NCBI GenBank assembly: GCA_002633005.1
Contig: NMRA01000142.1
Span: 186,001 to 250,000, forward strand
Reading direction: 5' to 3'
DNA: 64,000 nt
DNA from: Phoronis australis
Taxonomy: Eukaryota > Animalia > Phoronida
Of this stretch, positions 1 to 13,200 are shown one piece after another; the first letter of the stretch is position 1, and each line of letters begins with the position of its first letter. Position numbers and translations under genes: made by a program. The notes beneath the pieces are model-generated. The model searched no databases. It was not told the origin of the DNA and saw only the letters and a program-made list of their open reading frames with translations.

Positions 1-729
1 CGCATTTGCAGTAACGAAAATAGCACTTTGTACCCTGTTTCAGTGGCATGCTGAAAATCGCACACAGGCAGTCAGGCCTTAGGGCTTAGCAGCCAACAGC
101 AACGGGCATGCATGTGGGATCAAACAAAAGAATTTCATACATCACTCACATCCCACCATTCCAATCCAATGAATAACCGGTTACGGTTGAATTTCCTTTC
201 AGGAAGCGTTGTTATTTATGTTTCATCGTTTTCAGTCGGTCCCAACTTAGTCCGAGGCGACTCGCCCACGCACTCCGTAATTGTTCCTCTCTCAAAATTT
301 ACAGAGCACAAACCTTGACTTATGTTGTTTGTGAAGACATTGACCGTTTCTTTTATCCACTTTTCCACGAAATATTCGGTCCACTCCACGCTCCACGCAT
401 TTTTGACCGCAGAGTTGCACTATTTGTCACCGCGATTTTATACCAAATGCAGACGCCATTGATGAACCACACTATCCCGTGCACAGGCGCTTGAATTTAT
501 CTATTCCTCGATTGCCTCTGACGTCACTCACTACTAAGAAAGCATGTTTCTTGTATATGTTTACGAGTCATCAGGAAATTCGAGCGCCTGTGATCCGCAA
601 TTACAATTTTCGTTCCTCCGAAACATAAAGAGCAGTTTCTGCTTTTCAAGCCGTCGACAACGCCGCGGTGAGAAACCAATTTGCCGTGATCATTTTATGG
701 CAAATCCAATTTTTTCCACGGAAGTATAA

Positions 730-798
730 CGAAAATACGCGGAGGGAATAAAAGAAAAAAGCGTAAATCCGCGTTTCCGCAGAAAATTCCAAGCCTTG
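730..798. mobile_element. Possible terminus of a hAT-like non-autonomous element
   Basis: aaatccgcgtttccgcagaaaattccaagccttg; a similar end gaaattccaagccctg occurs at about 58552-58567; no TSD confirmed. Confidence 0.3.
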
Positions 799-1085
799 TA
801 TTCAGTTTTATTAGTGAGTGTGTGTGAGTTAATGTTTAAAGCTTCAATTAAATATTGTTTCTTTTAACATGGTTCTCTTGAACTGTCTGGTTGAAGTCAC
901 GTCATGACACAATGTTTTATTTACCGTGAAGTCTTCACTAATGCTGTAACTGATCTGCTCCTCACTAAATGATCTTAGATGCTCGTAGGTGATAAGCAGG
1001 CCTCTTGATGACACCGGGACTAGCACAAATCTAGTGACAAAGTACAACATGCTGAGACAGGGGCTGAGTTTCTAATCCTACAAAC

Positions 1086-1274
1086 CTGAGAATCTGACCA
1101 TATTGGCAGCCTTTGAGGGCTCAGTCGACGTCTTGCCTGGGGCCACAGTCGGAGGGTCATTGGTGGTGTAACTGCGCCGTGTGCGAGAGATATTCACTTT
1201 GACAAACTCAACATTCAGACTCAACGAATCCTTTCGCCCACCATCTTGAAATAGGGAGTTGTTCGAGTCTGCAC
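1086..1274 (-). CDS. BLTP1: BLTP1 exon 48
   Basis: RKDSLSLNVEFVKVNISRTR...VRFS; phase 1->1; the gene continues beyond the window start. Confidence 0.92.
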
Positions 1275-4200
1275 CTGAAAGGTTTTCCCACTACCTCAGC
1301 ACTATATAACAATGATGGTGTTTAACACACTATTCCATACTAAGACTAGTCTCAAGCAAAGAATTGCCACTAATCTTCAGCACCCAAAGCACAGTAATTC
1401 TACTACAGTCAACCAATGATTGGAGACTGCTTTTACTGTCACGGTAAGTGGTCTAAACCAGCTTTTTGTGAAAGAAAGTGATGCAAGTAATATTTAACGA
1501 ATAAGCTAAACACAAATCACTGATCCTCTTTCTCAAAGTCAACATTATGGCATGATTAAAGCCACTACAAAAATGTCTTCAATCAAAAATAACTTCTGAT
1601 ATAAACCAGTCATCAATGAGAAATTGGTCCCAAAATCGCTTGTTAGTAGTAAGGTATTGTGAATTATGTGATCGGAAACAACTGACTGTTCATTATTGCT
1701 CAAGACGAGGCTTTACAAGTTGACTAGCCATGGCGTATCATTTTATTCTCCGAGCATGGTCGCGAGACCAACGACAAGTTCTTCGAAAAACCAAAAAAAC
1801 ACTTCTCTCTGAGTAAGAAATAAGTTAAGACCAATTTTACGGCAGTAGGTGATCTAAAATTAAAAGTTTCTTCACTGCAAAATAAGTTTATAGCCACTTT
1901 AACTAGTCACCTGTGCTGGACGTGCTGTCATTGCGGGGGTAATTGGGTCCAACTGACATCCCAGAGGTCACTTTCTTAAGGTTAGCTCCGCCTCCTCCGT
2001 ACGGGTGAAACACGAATAGCGAGAAATCGGCAAGACAACCGGTAACGCTTAGACCCCCACTGCTGGTGTCCATTACATGGCCCTGACGTTGGTTGCGGAC
2101 GCCACTACTTGACCTTGGTCGACTACCACTGCCATGTCTGTCGCGAACGCCATCAAACGTGTTGGACACCATATTGGCTACATCTGGAAGTGAAAATAAC
2201 AGAAGGACTAATGACAGTGGTGTTCATTAATACAGTAAGATTCCATCCTCAAATACCAAAATCTCTTTTAGCTGACAGCAAATAATTGGCAATTTTCATT
2301 CTCAAATCCAAGTTCATTTGTTTTTCCTGGTAAAAAAACATACGGGTTTACCAATACTGAAGGCGATGCTTAAACAAAAAATCATGAACGATATATACCG
2401 GTTCTGTTCATTTCATAAAAAATGAAATTTATTTTATTTTACTTCTGGTGAAATGGGCCCCACTATGAACTTAAAATGATTCTTTAAATAGTTTCGAAAA
2501 AATTTCCTAGTATATGCCCACATGGCAAATAGAATGACTGACAACCAGGGAGGAGTAGCTATGTTACGTTTGAGACTATTTCAAAAATGACCTAATCATG
2601 TAGGCTCCGCATAAAAAACTAAGAATGCAAGAACAACCGATACTATACCCAACTTTAGATCAACACTCACTTTTGTGTTTTGTTGGCGGCGACTCATCAG
2701 CTGCCTTGAACAAATCGACCTCTGCACGTTTGGTCGAGAAAACAAGGTCTAGCGAGGGCAGACGAAGCAGGCACTCCACTCTGGACACAGGCAGACAGTT
2801 GAAGCGGATGATGGATGGCTGAACACTGACGTAGACTACGATGTCAACAGGAAAGGAGTAGCTTGTACTGGGAGCAAATTGTCCGGAAGTGGCTGACTGG
2901 TCTAGCACCACATTGTCCATGACGTCAGCTGAAAAATATCCATGGATGCGTAAAGTGTTGGAACAACAGATAACAAGCAGTGGCCATACTGTACTCCTCA
3001 ACAGCTCTTTCTCAGGAATTGTTTCAAGGCGTTGCTGACTTCTGTGCAAATAGCTTCTTGTTTAACAATTACTTACGACTTAAATGATCTTGTTTTGGTC
3101 CTTTCTTGAATTAGAAGTAATTTCTGAGCTTCAGCAGAACTGACAGTTCGTTAGTATTCCTTAAGGTAATGCTCAATGCATAGACGACCTGCGAACTTGT
3201 TAAGCATATTCTCAAGAAATAATAAATAGTCGCTTCTACCCAAGCCAAGGAATCTTCAACTATTAGAGCATTCATTAACTTTTAGCTAAAATCACTTTTA
3301 TATGAACATAAACGAGTTTAAGTCTAAAGTTATTTTTCATCACAAAAAGCAGGCGTGTGTCTCATAAAATGACCATCAAATGGCCAGAAAACTCAGGAAA
3401 TATTAACGAGTTAAAGCAAGTGACCACTAATACTTTTGGAAAAAACTCTTTCTCCACAGAGGGAAGCATATCAAACTTTTTGGGCAAAATAGACATTTAG
3501 CAATTATCTGGTCTATGCATTCAGCAGACAATGTTTCATTACAGACAGGAAGTTTAGACGGCACAACCCTAACTACAGGATCACTCTACTCATAGCTTTC
3601 GTAACTACTTCTAAGTGGTTTTAAAAACCTATAAATGAAAAAGAATATTTTTCTAGACACTGAATTTCACCTGGTTTAGTAAGTGAATGCCGGTCAGCAT
3701 TCACAGCATTCATTATCGGGTCTAGTGCCTGCTCCAGGAAATCCAACAGAGCTGGACTTATCTGCATCTCCTGCAAAATAAAATGGTCGGTTAAAACGTT
3801 AATACAATGGTGGCCTTCAGGTAACATTACGGCGTTCTCCGGTTCAGTGACTTTAGCCCAAGTAGAGGGTTGTGAGCATGTGATAACATCTAGCTCCTAT
3901 GTTAACTGCCAAGCACAGTCTTTTGTCTGGTGTGACAACAAGCAGGCCAATTATCTCCCAGGCTTATTACAGACCATGTGTGAACGCAGTCAAACTCAAA
4001 GCGAATTAGAATGTCAGGAAAGAACAGATTGTCGTAACTTCAGTTGTGGGTGGGCGATTTTGGTGATTCAAAAACTAAACATGATCAGCATTTGACGAGA
4101 AATTCAGAAATGCTATTGGTTTATGTTCAAACATGTTATTCATAACTTAACTTTTACTTCTAACAGCACAGCCCAGTCAGGCTAGATATAATCTTATTGC

Positions 4201-7200
4201 AGATAAGAGCAATTATCGAAAAAAAGAGAGCCAGAATGGAGTTAATCAGTCACGTAAGACATTGGCTACAGGGGTATTCTTCCCAACTGGGCTATAGAAT
4301 CGAACAAGTTGGGATCAACAGGAAAACGTCATAGTGATTTTAATGCCCTTAAGTCATGGCTAATGCAGTAATTCAGTAATTGACCTATCGCAAGGTCCGC
4401 CCCTTTGCCTAATGTCGAGTAACAAACAATAAGTTTTACCCAGCAACATGTTGTTTGTCGGGTAAAATGGCGGCTTGGAAACGAAAGTGTGCCAATAATG
4501 CTGCGTTCTAAATGGTCAGTTCAGCTGTCACTCAAAATCCTGGCAATAGGTCAATTGTCCAGCCACACATAAAAGAATCCAGACCAGTGTTCCTGATATT
4601 GAAGGATTCTGTCTACCGTGATCTGTGTACAAATCTTTTGACAAAGTACACACACCGCTGTATGGGCCAAGTTTCTAACGAAGTCGTCACTAACTGCAAC
4701 TGATCTATTCCACACGTCGACATTTCTGACAACGTGGGGCAAAAAAGTACCTCGGGTAATTTCTGCAAGGAGATCCATGCGTAGAGGTCGGCTCTCTTAA
4801 CGGAAGAGCGCTTGTGAATGGCTGCAGACATGATGCTGTCATCTTGCGTTGGACTGGCATCGTGTCCCGAAGAGCTTGATGGACTGTCAACGGTGGACGT
4901 CTTTGAACAATATTGCACCTGAAGAAACGACAAACAGTATCAACACCCGATACAGGAATTGCAACTCAGAAGGACAAATATTTCAAGAATCTGTAAACAC
5001 CATTTCCAGCAAAAACAAGCTTAGCAAATGATCAAATGTCTAATTATGACACTTGCAATCACTGTCTGACAATGAGCTGAAGCTGTCTTTGATTACCGTA
5101 AACAACTTACCGTCAGTGGCTCTTAGTCTGTTTTTTAAAAAAGAAGCGGTTTCTGATGCTGGATAAAGACTGCTCAAGTTTAGAGTTGGTTTGATCGGTT
5201 GTCTTGACTCATCAGGTCACTTCATGTGCCGCTTTCAAGCATTTATTAACCGTGCTCACTACATGTGTCCCATCCAAACAGAGTGAGGAACAGAGATATC
5301 AAACTGATTTTAGAAGAGCAAAATACCTAATTGGATTTTAGTTTTTGGCAAGATAAATGATACTTAAACTAGGACCTTATCAACAAGTCTGCGCATTTTA
5401 AACTGTAGGCTGTAAATCAAAGCATATTATATTTTCTAATAGCAGAAAGCCTGTAGACTTTTAACTTTTTAACATTATACTGTTAATCGAGTCACTTGAC
5501 CATGTATTAAAAAAAAACATCAAAGAAGAAAGGACGGTACATTCATATCTCAGATATTGTCTTACCTTTACATCAACACCAGGTGAGTAGAAGACAGTAA
5601 CGTTGTCACCAGGAAAGGTACTCCCCTTGACTTTGGCACTGCTAGACTCCTGCTTACGTAACTTTTGAGGTAAAAATGGTGAATGTTGATAATCAGAGGC
5701 ACCAGACTTTTCCTTTCTTAGAGGCCTACAAGTTCAAAGTATAGTCATTGATGCTCACACTGGTTTTCAATGAAATAAATTATTCAGGTAACTACGGCAT
5801 TTTTGATCGTGAAAATTCCAGCATGCCCACTCAGGTGGGCCGAAATTTCTGACCAAGCCATAAAGCATGATTGTGAGTATTCCAGCACCGGATGGCCACT
5901 GAAGTAGGTCGATTTTTCTGAGCAAGCCAGAAATCATGCTCTGCTGTCAAACACAACTTTTTTCCTCAGCCGGTTTTGTTCTTTCAAAACAATGTTATCG
6001 TGCCCTTAACCTTTGATCGAATTGAAATTTGCTGCGGATATGAACTGTCAGTCTTTCTCAAGTCCAGAAATCATTTCAAATCTGAGTAAGGAACAATGTG
6101 GGACGGCTTTTACAAACCTTGGTGGCCTAAATAAAACTGGTTTCTGACAGAAGATGCTGTTTTATTATCCCTTTAATAGTCAAAATAAATTATTTCCCAT
6201 TACTTTTTGAAGCCAGCCTGAGAATACTGGCCGGGAGTGTCCTCATCCTTGCTCTCTTTGTCCTTTGGATGCAGCAATATCTCGCCACTGTTTATCTTGA
6301 CCTGAATGTCCATTTGAAGATCAATGATTGGCTCTGGAGCAGGGTTGCTCTTCTGAGAAGTGGGCATGTTCTCCGATATGATTGACATCCTGTGATGGAC
6401 GAATGAAATGAAAGATGTATAGTGTGGTTATGATTACTACCAAAACTGCCACACTATTGTCAGGAGAGTGACAGTGTGCTTTCTCAGACAAACTGAAATA
6501 TTGGAAAATAACAGAAAGTCAGGAAAATGAGAAATTTCAAACCTTTAATGGAACAGTATCTCACATGCTGAATATTTACATAATTCACACAAATGAGCAA
6601 AATTTTTCTCAATTTTAAGAAACATGATACCTGTAATACCTGTAATACCTGTCACGGACAGGATCATTGGGGATATGCTGGTGCATTAATCCCCTCCCCA
6701 GACCATCCCCGTGACAGCAGAAGGCGCAGAGACTCCAGGGCTGACGTTGCCGAAAGAAACATGATTAATCTTTAGTTCAAACCATCCACAAAGCAACAAA
6801 AGATTTAATTACAAAACTTATCTTCAATAATCCCTTACTTGTGAGATGCCTGATTGAGGTATTCTTTCTCAATGTCTGAGTCACTACCCGCCGATGAGGG
6901 AAGGTCAAGGGTCGAAGCACTGTCAAAGTTCACTTCCACCTTCACACCAGAGGGCGTCTGACTCGTGCATCGTCTCAGTAAATCGGCACGGTCAGCAGAC
7001 GACAACAGGTCATCCTTGGCTCTTTCTGGCCTGGAGTTAATAAAGATAAAGACGAATTGTGAGAAGCTAGCATTTTGACAAATGATTCCCAAGATTGACC
7101 TTTTACTTTTTTTCTAAGGCTTGAAACGTGGTCACGAGTCTTCATAATTTCTCAAAACATTATCTGATGTTAACTATGGTATAGAACTCAAAGATGACAA

Positions 7201-10200
7201 AGCAGGTGCCAATCATCCCTTAAGGAAAAGATGAAAAAAGAAAATTTCACTAGTCTGCAATATTGTGACTTTAACTGGTGAGATTTCACCATAAGTTTAG
7301 CGTCGTGTTAATTGCATTTGAATGAACTACTGGGCTCCAGGCCACGGAGGTACAAACAGAAATAAAGTCCTAAAACAAATGCTTAGCAAAAAGCAGCGAC
7401 TTGCAAATATAATGCCTTGTGCACACTCTTCCAATGTTGTATGGAATCATACAGTAAAGTTTTCAGTTAAGAGTAATCTTTGAATTAAAATGATAAGAAC
7501 ACCATATTTGATTGAAAATATGGAGACTAAATCACACTTGGTATAATTACTAATTTATTTTCATCAAAGACAATTTATACATAAATTATACAAAAATTGC
7601 ATAAAAAGCAGAAAATATATCCATATAAAGTGGTGCATAGTGAAAATATTGCAAAAACAAAATAACATTAATCCAATAATGACATGAGAAAAAATACCAT
7701 AACGTGCAACAATAAAACTATCTACTGACGAGCTAAGGTTCAGACTAATGCAATGACAATTTGCCACTAGAGGACACCACAGTAGTCAGATCAGTTCAAA
7801 AATGAATTACACAGTTGCCACTATCAGGGTTCCCATAACAAAAAATCCAAGTATTGAAGGACTCCTTTAGTTCTTTACCCGGGAAGTCGAAATTTTGCAT
7901 GCTAAGTAATGCCTGAGATTCTCTGGAAAGCAGATGGTTATTCAGCAAATTCTTGTTGTAACAATCTAAAAAATCACTCAAAGCTCACAGCAATTAAACG
8001 AATTGCCATAACATTAACTTTACAGGCATTACTAGGGATATGTAGGCGTACTTTTGGCAAATGTGAGTCTATTTTGACCCAAAAACATACGCTGTGGTCA
8101 ACATAAGATAATTCAAAATTCACTATCAAAACTGAATGAGAAAAATGCAACAGTTGAAATAACCGAATGTTCAGGCACATTCCACACACAGACAGCCAGA
8201 GGGCTTATCGCTGCGGTAAATCAAACACGTAAACAAACTGCTGCACACTTTAAGTGGCCATCCCTAGTAACCTACCCAATTTACAGAAGGACAGAGGGAC
8301 GCTGGACTTCAGACACTGAGTGGAATGATACACAAAACGTACCGAGAGTAGCGTAGATGAAATAATATCCCAAGAGACATTATTACGTGTATCCACCGAT
8401 ACCGAAGTTTATTTATCCCACAGGTTTCGAACTCTAAGATTTTAAATTTTTTCGGCAGATTTTTAAATACGCCACCCAGACTGTTCACGTGGCGCATAGA
8501 GTATGTACTTGCACGATATTAAATTTAAAACGTAATGATTTAACTTGAGAAGAGATAAAGATGAAAACAACAGTAATTCTGCAGTGAATTTGTAACATTT
8601 TTCTGAAAATAACTATACAATTACAATATTTAACATAGTTACCAAGAAATCTGGGCCTGAGACAGAAGTGTTCTATAATTAACAGTTTTGAACCGGATGC
8701 TATGTTTGGGACCCAATTGCATGTTGAGTGTTCTTTATACTATTGCAACTACATTACTTTAACCCATTTTGAAAAAGTTTGATGATCGAGCTGGCTAACG
8801 ACATCGAGTCGACATTGATGCGATACGGAAAACAATACAATATGGCTGTATTTGCACTCAACTTAATCAACGCGTATGGGGTAAATAACATATACATAAA
8901 CTGTGGGAGCGAAAAAAATGCCCCTAGGGGTTACAGACGTAGTCAAATCTGTTCGTAAATTTGCGCGTACACTCCCAGCTATGAAAGGAACGTGTCAGCA
9001 AAATTTCATCACAGTGTTAGAAATACTGCAGCAGACGCCCCAGACATCTACCAAATGGAGAAAGCAATATGTGTCCAGACATGACGTATATGTGAGAACA
9101 TAAAAATGTGCAAAATGAGCAGAAGGAACACTAAGAAACATAAAATACATAATTTTGTGTGCGCGCTTGCAAAATTCAAGAGCTCTGGTACATTCACTTT
9201 GCCCATGTCAATTAAACATGGAAGCAAGAAATAAAAACTGAGATTAAATCAATCTATTAAACAGGGTCCTCGTACATATATCAAGTACAGAACCAGACAC
9301 CACATGCTATATCTTTTTGTTTTCCATTTTCATAATTAACCTCCTTGTTATAAACCAGATGAGGACCTATTGCACACCACAGTATATGTTCCACATGGCT
9401 GGGCATTGATAACATAATACAATATAGTCCTTCAACACTACTTTTTGTACACACAGGAAACTGGGTCATAACCAACCAGATAAGATTTCATGTCTAGGCT
9501 TTTCTAAATGGCTCACTCAAGTGTTCAAAAGTAAACTGACATATTGCCAACAAAAACCTGGCGAGCTGACTGTAAATCAATACTGAGCACAATAAGGACA
9601 CATAGACAGGATATGAAAGAGAAAGGGAAACTCCATCTATTGAGAGATTAATTCTTCATTCTTCAGAAAGGCAGTTGCACCTTGATGGTGAGTCAATGCT
9701 GAGTCATATCCTGGGACAGGCCAGGATTACAAAAAACTTTATGAATCTTCTGATATGCATATAAGTTTGAAATTTTTAACACAAGGATGCAGAAGAGGAC
9801 AAGAATCTACTGAGACAGGTCATATAAAAGTAGACAGTGTTTTGTTAAGGTAAGTTATTACGCAAGACTCTGTTGTGACTTGAGACCACACAAACCAACA
9901 TTCACAACAACTCTGACAAGGTAGAATGGTAACTGATCAACACATCAGTGTTGATCAACAAATTAAAGTACCTGAAACACGGTAATCTTCCTTAATGTTA
10001 TAGTCTTAAGTTGAAACTTTGAATCAGTGTATCATTTCAAAGTGGGAGGACATCTGAACTCTTTATAGACATCCATGGTGGACAAACAACAACTAAAAGT
10101 ATGAAACGGTCTATGTGATTAAACCACATAAAGTAGCTATAGTAAATACGGCCAACCACCTTATATTCAGAAAAGGTTCAGTATCCCAGTTATTCTAAAC

Positions 10201-13200
10201 AGATGATCTTTAACAAATATGCAGACACCTGTACTTATTTTCAAATGCAGTCCACTTAGAGCTCAGTGTCTGTTAGCCATGACTTGAAAGCTAAGCATAG
10301 TAAACCTCATGATGTTCATGTACAAAAAGCAAAGAGAGCAAATAAAATGATATAAGGTTTGTTGTTTTGTCACTTCCTATTTTGAGAAAGAAATTTTTAT
10401 CTGAATTTGACATTCAGTGGTAAACAGCTGGTAGGCTTTCATAATGACAACAGACAAGGTCAGACCTAGATTACTAGGTCAACAAAGGTTTCTAGTGAGG
10501 CACTTACAGTACAAGCCATAAGCATTCTGACAAAATGACTCATAATTCCCCACCATGATGGCTGGGTGGAAGCCAAATTCATCATAAAATGGAAGTCCTC
10601 CCTCATGACCGAGAACTGAATGAAAGTTTGTAAGGTGGCTAAGCCATTTTGTAATTTGAATTTTGCTGCACTGAATGGTTAATTATTACCAGTCATTTTT
10701 GCTGTTAGCAGAATAAATTGCCATGACAGGAAAATGGTATTTTATGTGCTTGCCTTTGTCTTGCATGATATCCTAGAAGTATGGTAAGTTCTCATGAATC
10801 CGGACAAAAATAAATGCCAAAAACGACATCATATCATGTTTCGAGGACTTCTAATACAGTTATAGTCATCCCAATTTTTCAACATGTTGTCAAGTGGCAG
10901 GTACCGTACAAAACATGAACTTGAAAAAGCAGTAATTTGTTGCTAAGTATATTTTGTGAAAAAATCAAGAAAACACAATTTCACTTCTGTGACAGAGTTC
11001 TTATCATTCTTGTTGAGGCCTGACTTCCAATCCTGTGATAGTAGACTGAATATTGCACTACAATACTGGATAGCTCCATCAAATCCAGCCAGGCCATGCC
11101 AGCTGACCATAAGCTACTTTTGAGACGGTTCCAAAAGTACAAAGTCAGTATGGCGAAAACAAGCAGCAAGAGTATTACTATGACAGATGGTATATTCACA
11201 ACAAAAAGTATTTGCAATGAAGTGAAAGTTTCACCCTTACGCAATTACCTCTACACAAAACACCAGCTGCATGTTGCATTGACCATTTATGTAAAAAAGT
11301 TAGAAACACAAAACCCACCAGTTCATAAATCTCAGAGTCTTGTACAATTACTTTTAAAAACTAGTATATTTCAACCCAAGAAAAACTTCAGCATCATCTA
11401 CTTTAGACCAGATCCGCCATGACAGACTCTCTACGACGTGGTTTTGATCATACATTAGAAATACGACCTCAGCTTCACGATACCTTGTGCTTTGTCAAAT
11501 AATAACAACTGCATCAATTGTAACCCATGTCATTATCGTGAATGTGAGTCAAAGTTCCTTTCGATGTGTAAAAGAGTTATCACCACATCAGCAATGACTA
11601 CTCCATAAGAAACTCAGCCTTTTCAGAGCACCTTGTACTTCACCAATAGATCTGTACAAGTTCCATGCAGTCCTTAAGAGGCCAATTTACCATCACGCAA
11701 CAATCACAGTCTTAAAGTTTTATGCAACACAGTTCAAACTGGCATCAGCATTTAGAAAACCCTTTTGTTCTGGAGTTGAAACTGAACATGGCCGACGTTA
11801 ATAATCTTTCCCTGAAATTGTTACTACATAAAGTTGTATTATCAACATGGGTCCTGGGGACGCAGACGACTATTGAACGTTGCGTGATATACCCCCAGAT
11901 CAAGCCTCTCGGCCCATTTATGGACTACGCCAATCCATCGACACATCAAGCTTCATTCACCAATGACCAATGAGTTCATTGTAATTTAGCTCATTGATCT
12001 GATCAGTTCAAACACATAGATACCAATAGTTCTTTTGCATGTTTGCATTCTTATGTTACAGTTACTATCAGTAGTTTTTCGCTCATTTCACACAAAATAA
12101 ATTACATATATTTTCCAATAGTCACGGTGTGTGAAATAAACTCAACATGTAGATTTCATGATTTACGGGAAATTAACTGAGTAACCAAGCATCGCCAACT
12201 GCCCGTGTGCAAATTTCATGCAGACTTAATGGGCTGCCAAATTTATTTCATTTTAAATGTTTGATGGAGCATAAGTCATAGTTAGTATTTTTCGCATTTG
12301 TTTTAGGCCAGAACAGAAGCACGAACTTTAAATTTTAAAGTTCGTAGTTAGTATTTTGTCAATATAGCAAATTCCTGTCTTACGTCTTAAGTCACTTTCA
12401 TGAAACAGGCCTATGGTGCAGTGCAGGATACTTGTTGTTCACAATAATATCAAATGCACAGCGTTGGTCACCGTGTGAATATGTAAAACACAAATATGAC
12501 ACTGTTACGTTTGGGTCGTGATCAGAAGCTTGCAGTCTATTTTAAATGTTTATTAATTAAGCACTAAAGTTCTCGTGTCTTGAGTCCACAGGAAGAGAGA
12601 ATCAAAGGCAAGTTGAAATCGTATCATTCTCCAGTAGAGGAGAGTTATCATGTGGGTATAACTCCATGTGTGGTAAAGCAACAAACTATATAACAAACAC
12701 TTCCACTATAATTTCAGATGGCGAGAAAAAGGATCATTCCAATGGCATTTATACTACTCTGGACCACGTCAACGGGGCTTGCAAGTGCTGCCGCCTACTG
12801 TCCGCAGAACTGCACATGCACAAGCCAGGTGCCACCATTACTACTCTTCTGGCTCCCACAAAGGGCTGTAGCCAACATTCAGTGCCGCATACGAGAAGAT
12901 GGATTCGTGCTTCACGATGAGGTCAAGCACATACTGTCCTCGAGAAACCATACACCACTTCTTTTCTTGGTCATGAAATGTGACAATGGCATCAGAGTTC
13001 AGTGGGATGATGCTAGCTTTCTAGAACGTACCGTGGGACTAGTAATAGGCAGCTGCCGGTTTGACCAGGCAACGGCATTAAAGTTTCCGAACAGGACCAT
13101 GCTGGTACATTTACAACTCCTAAATGTTGGAGAAAATTTCCTTCAGAAAACTTCCTTCAATGGCTTAGAAAACATTAGGACACTACTCGTGGATGGTAAT

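Noticed and set aside
12666-12920. 84-aa ORF overlapping the TLR start
   Set aside because: Alternative frame with no recognisable domain; its ATG would be removed if the tttcag acceptor at 12717 is used.
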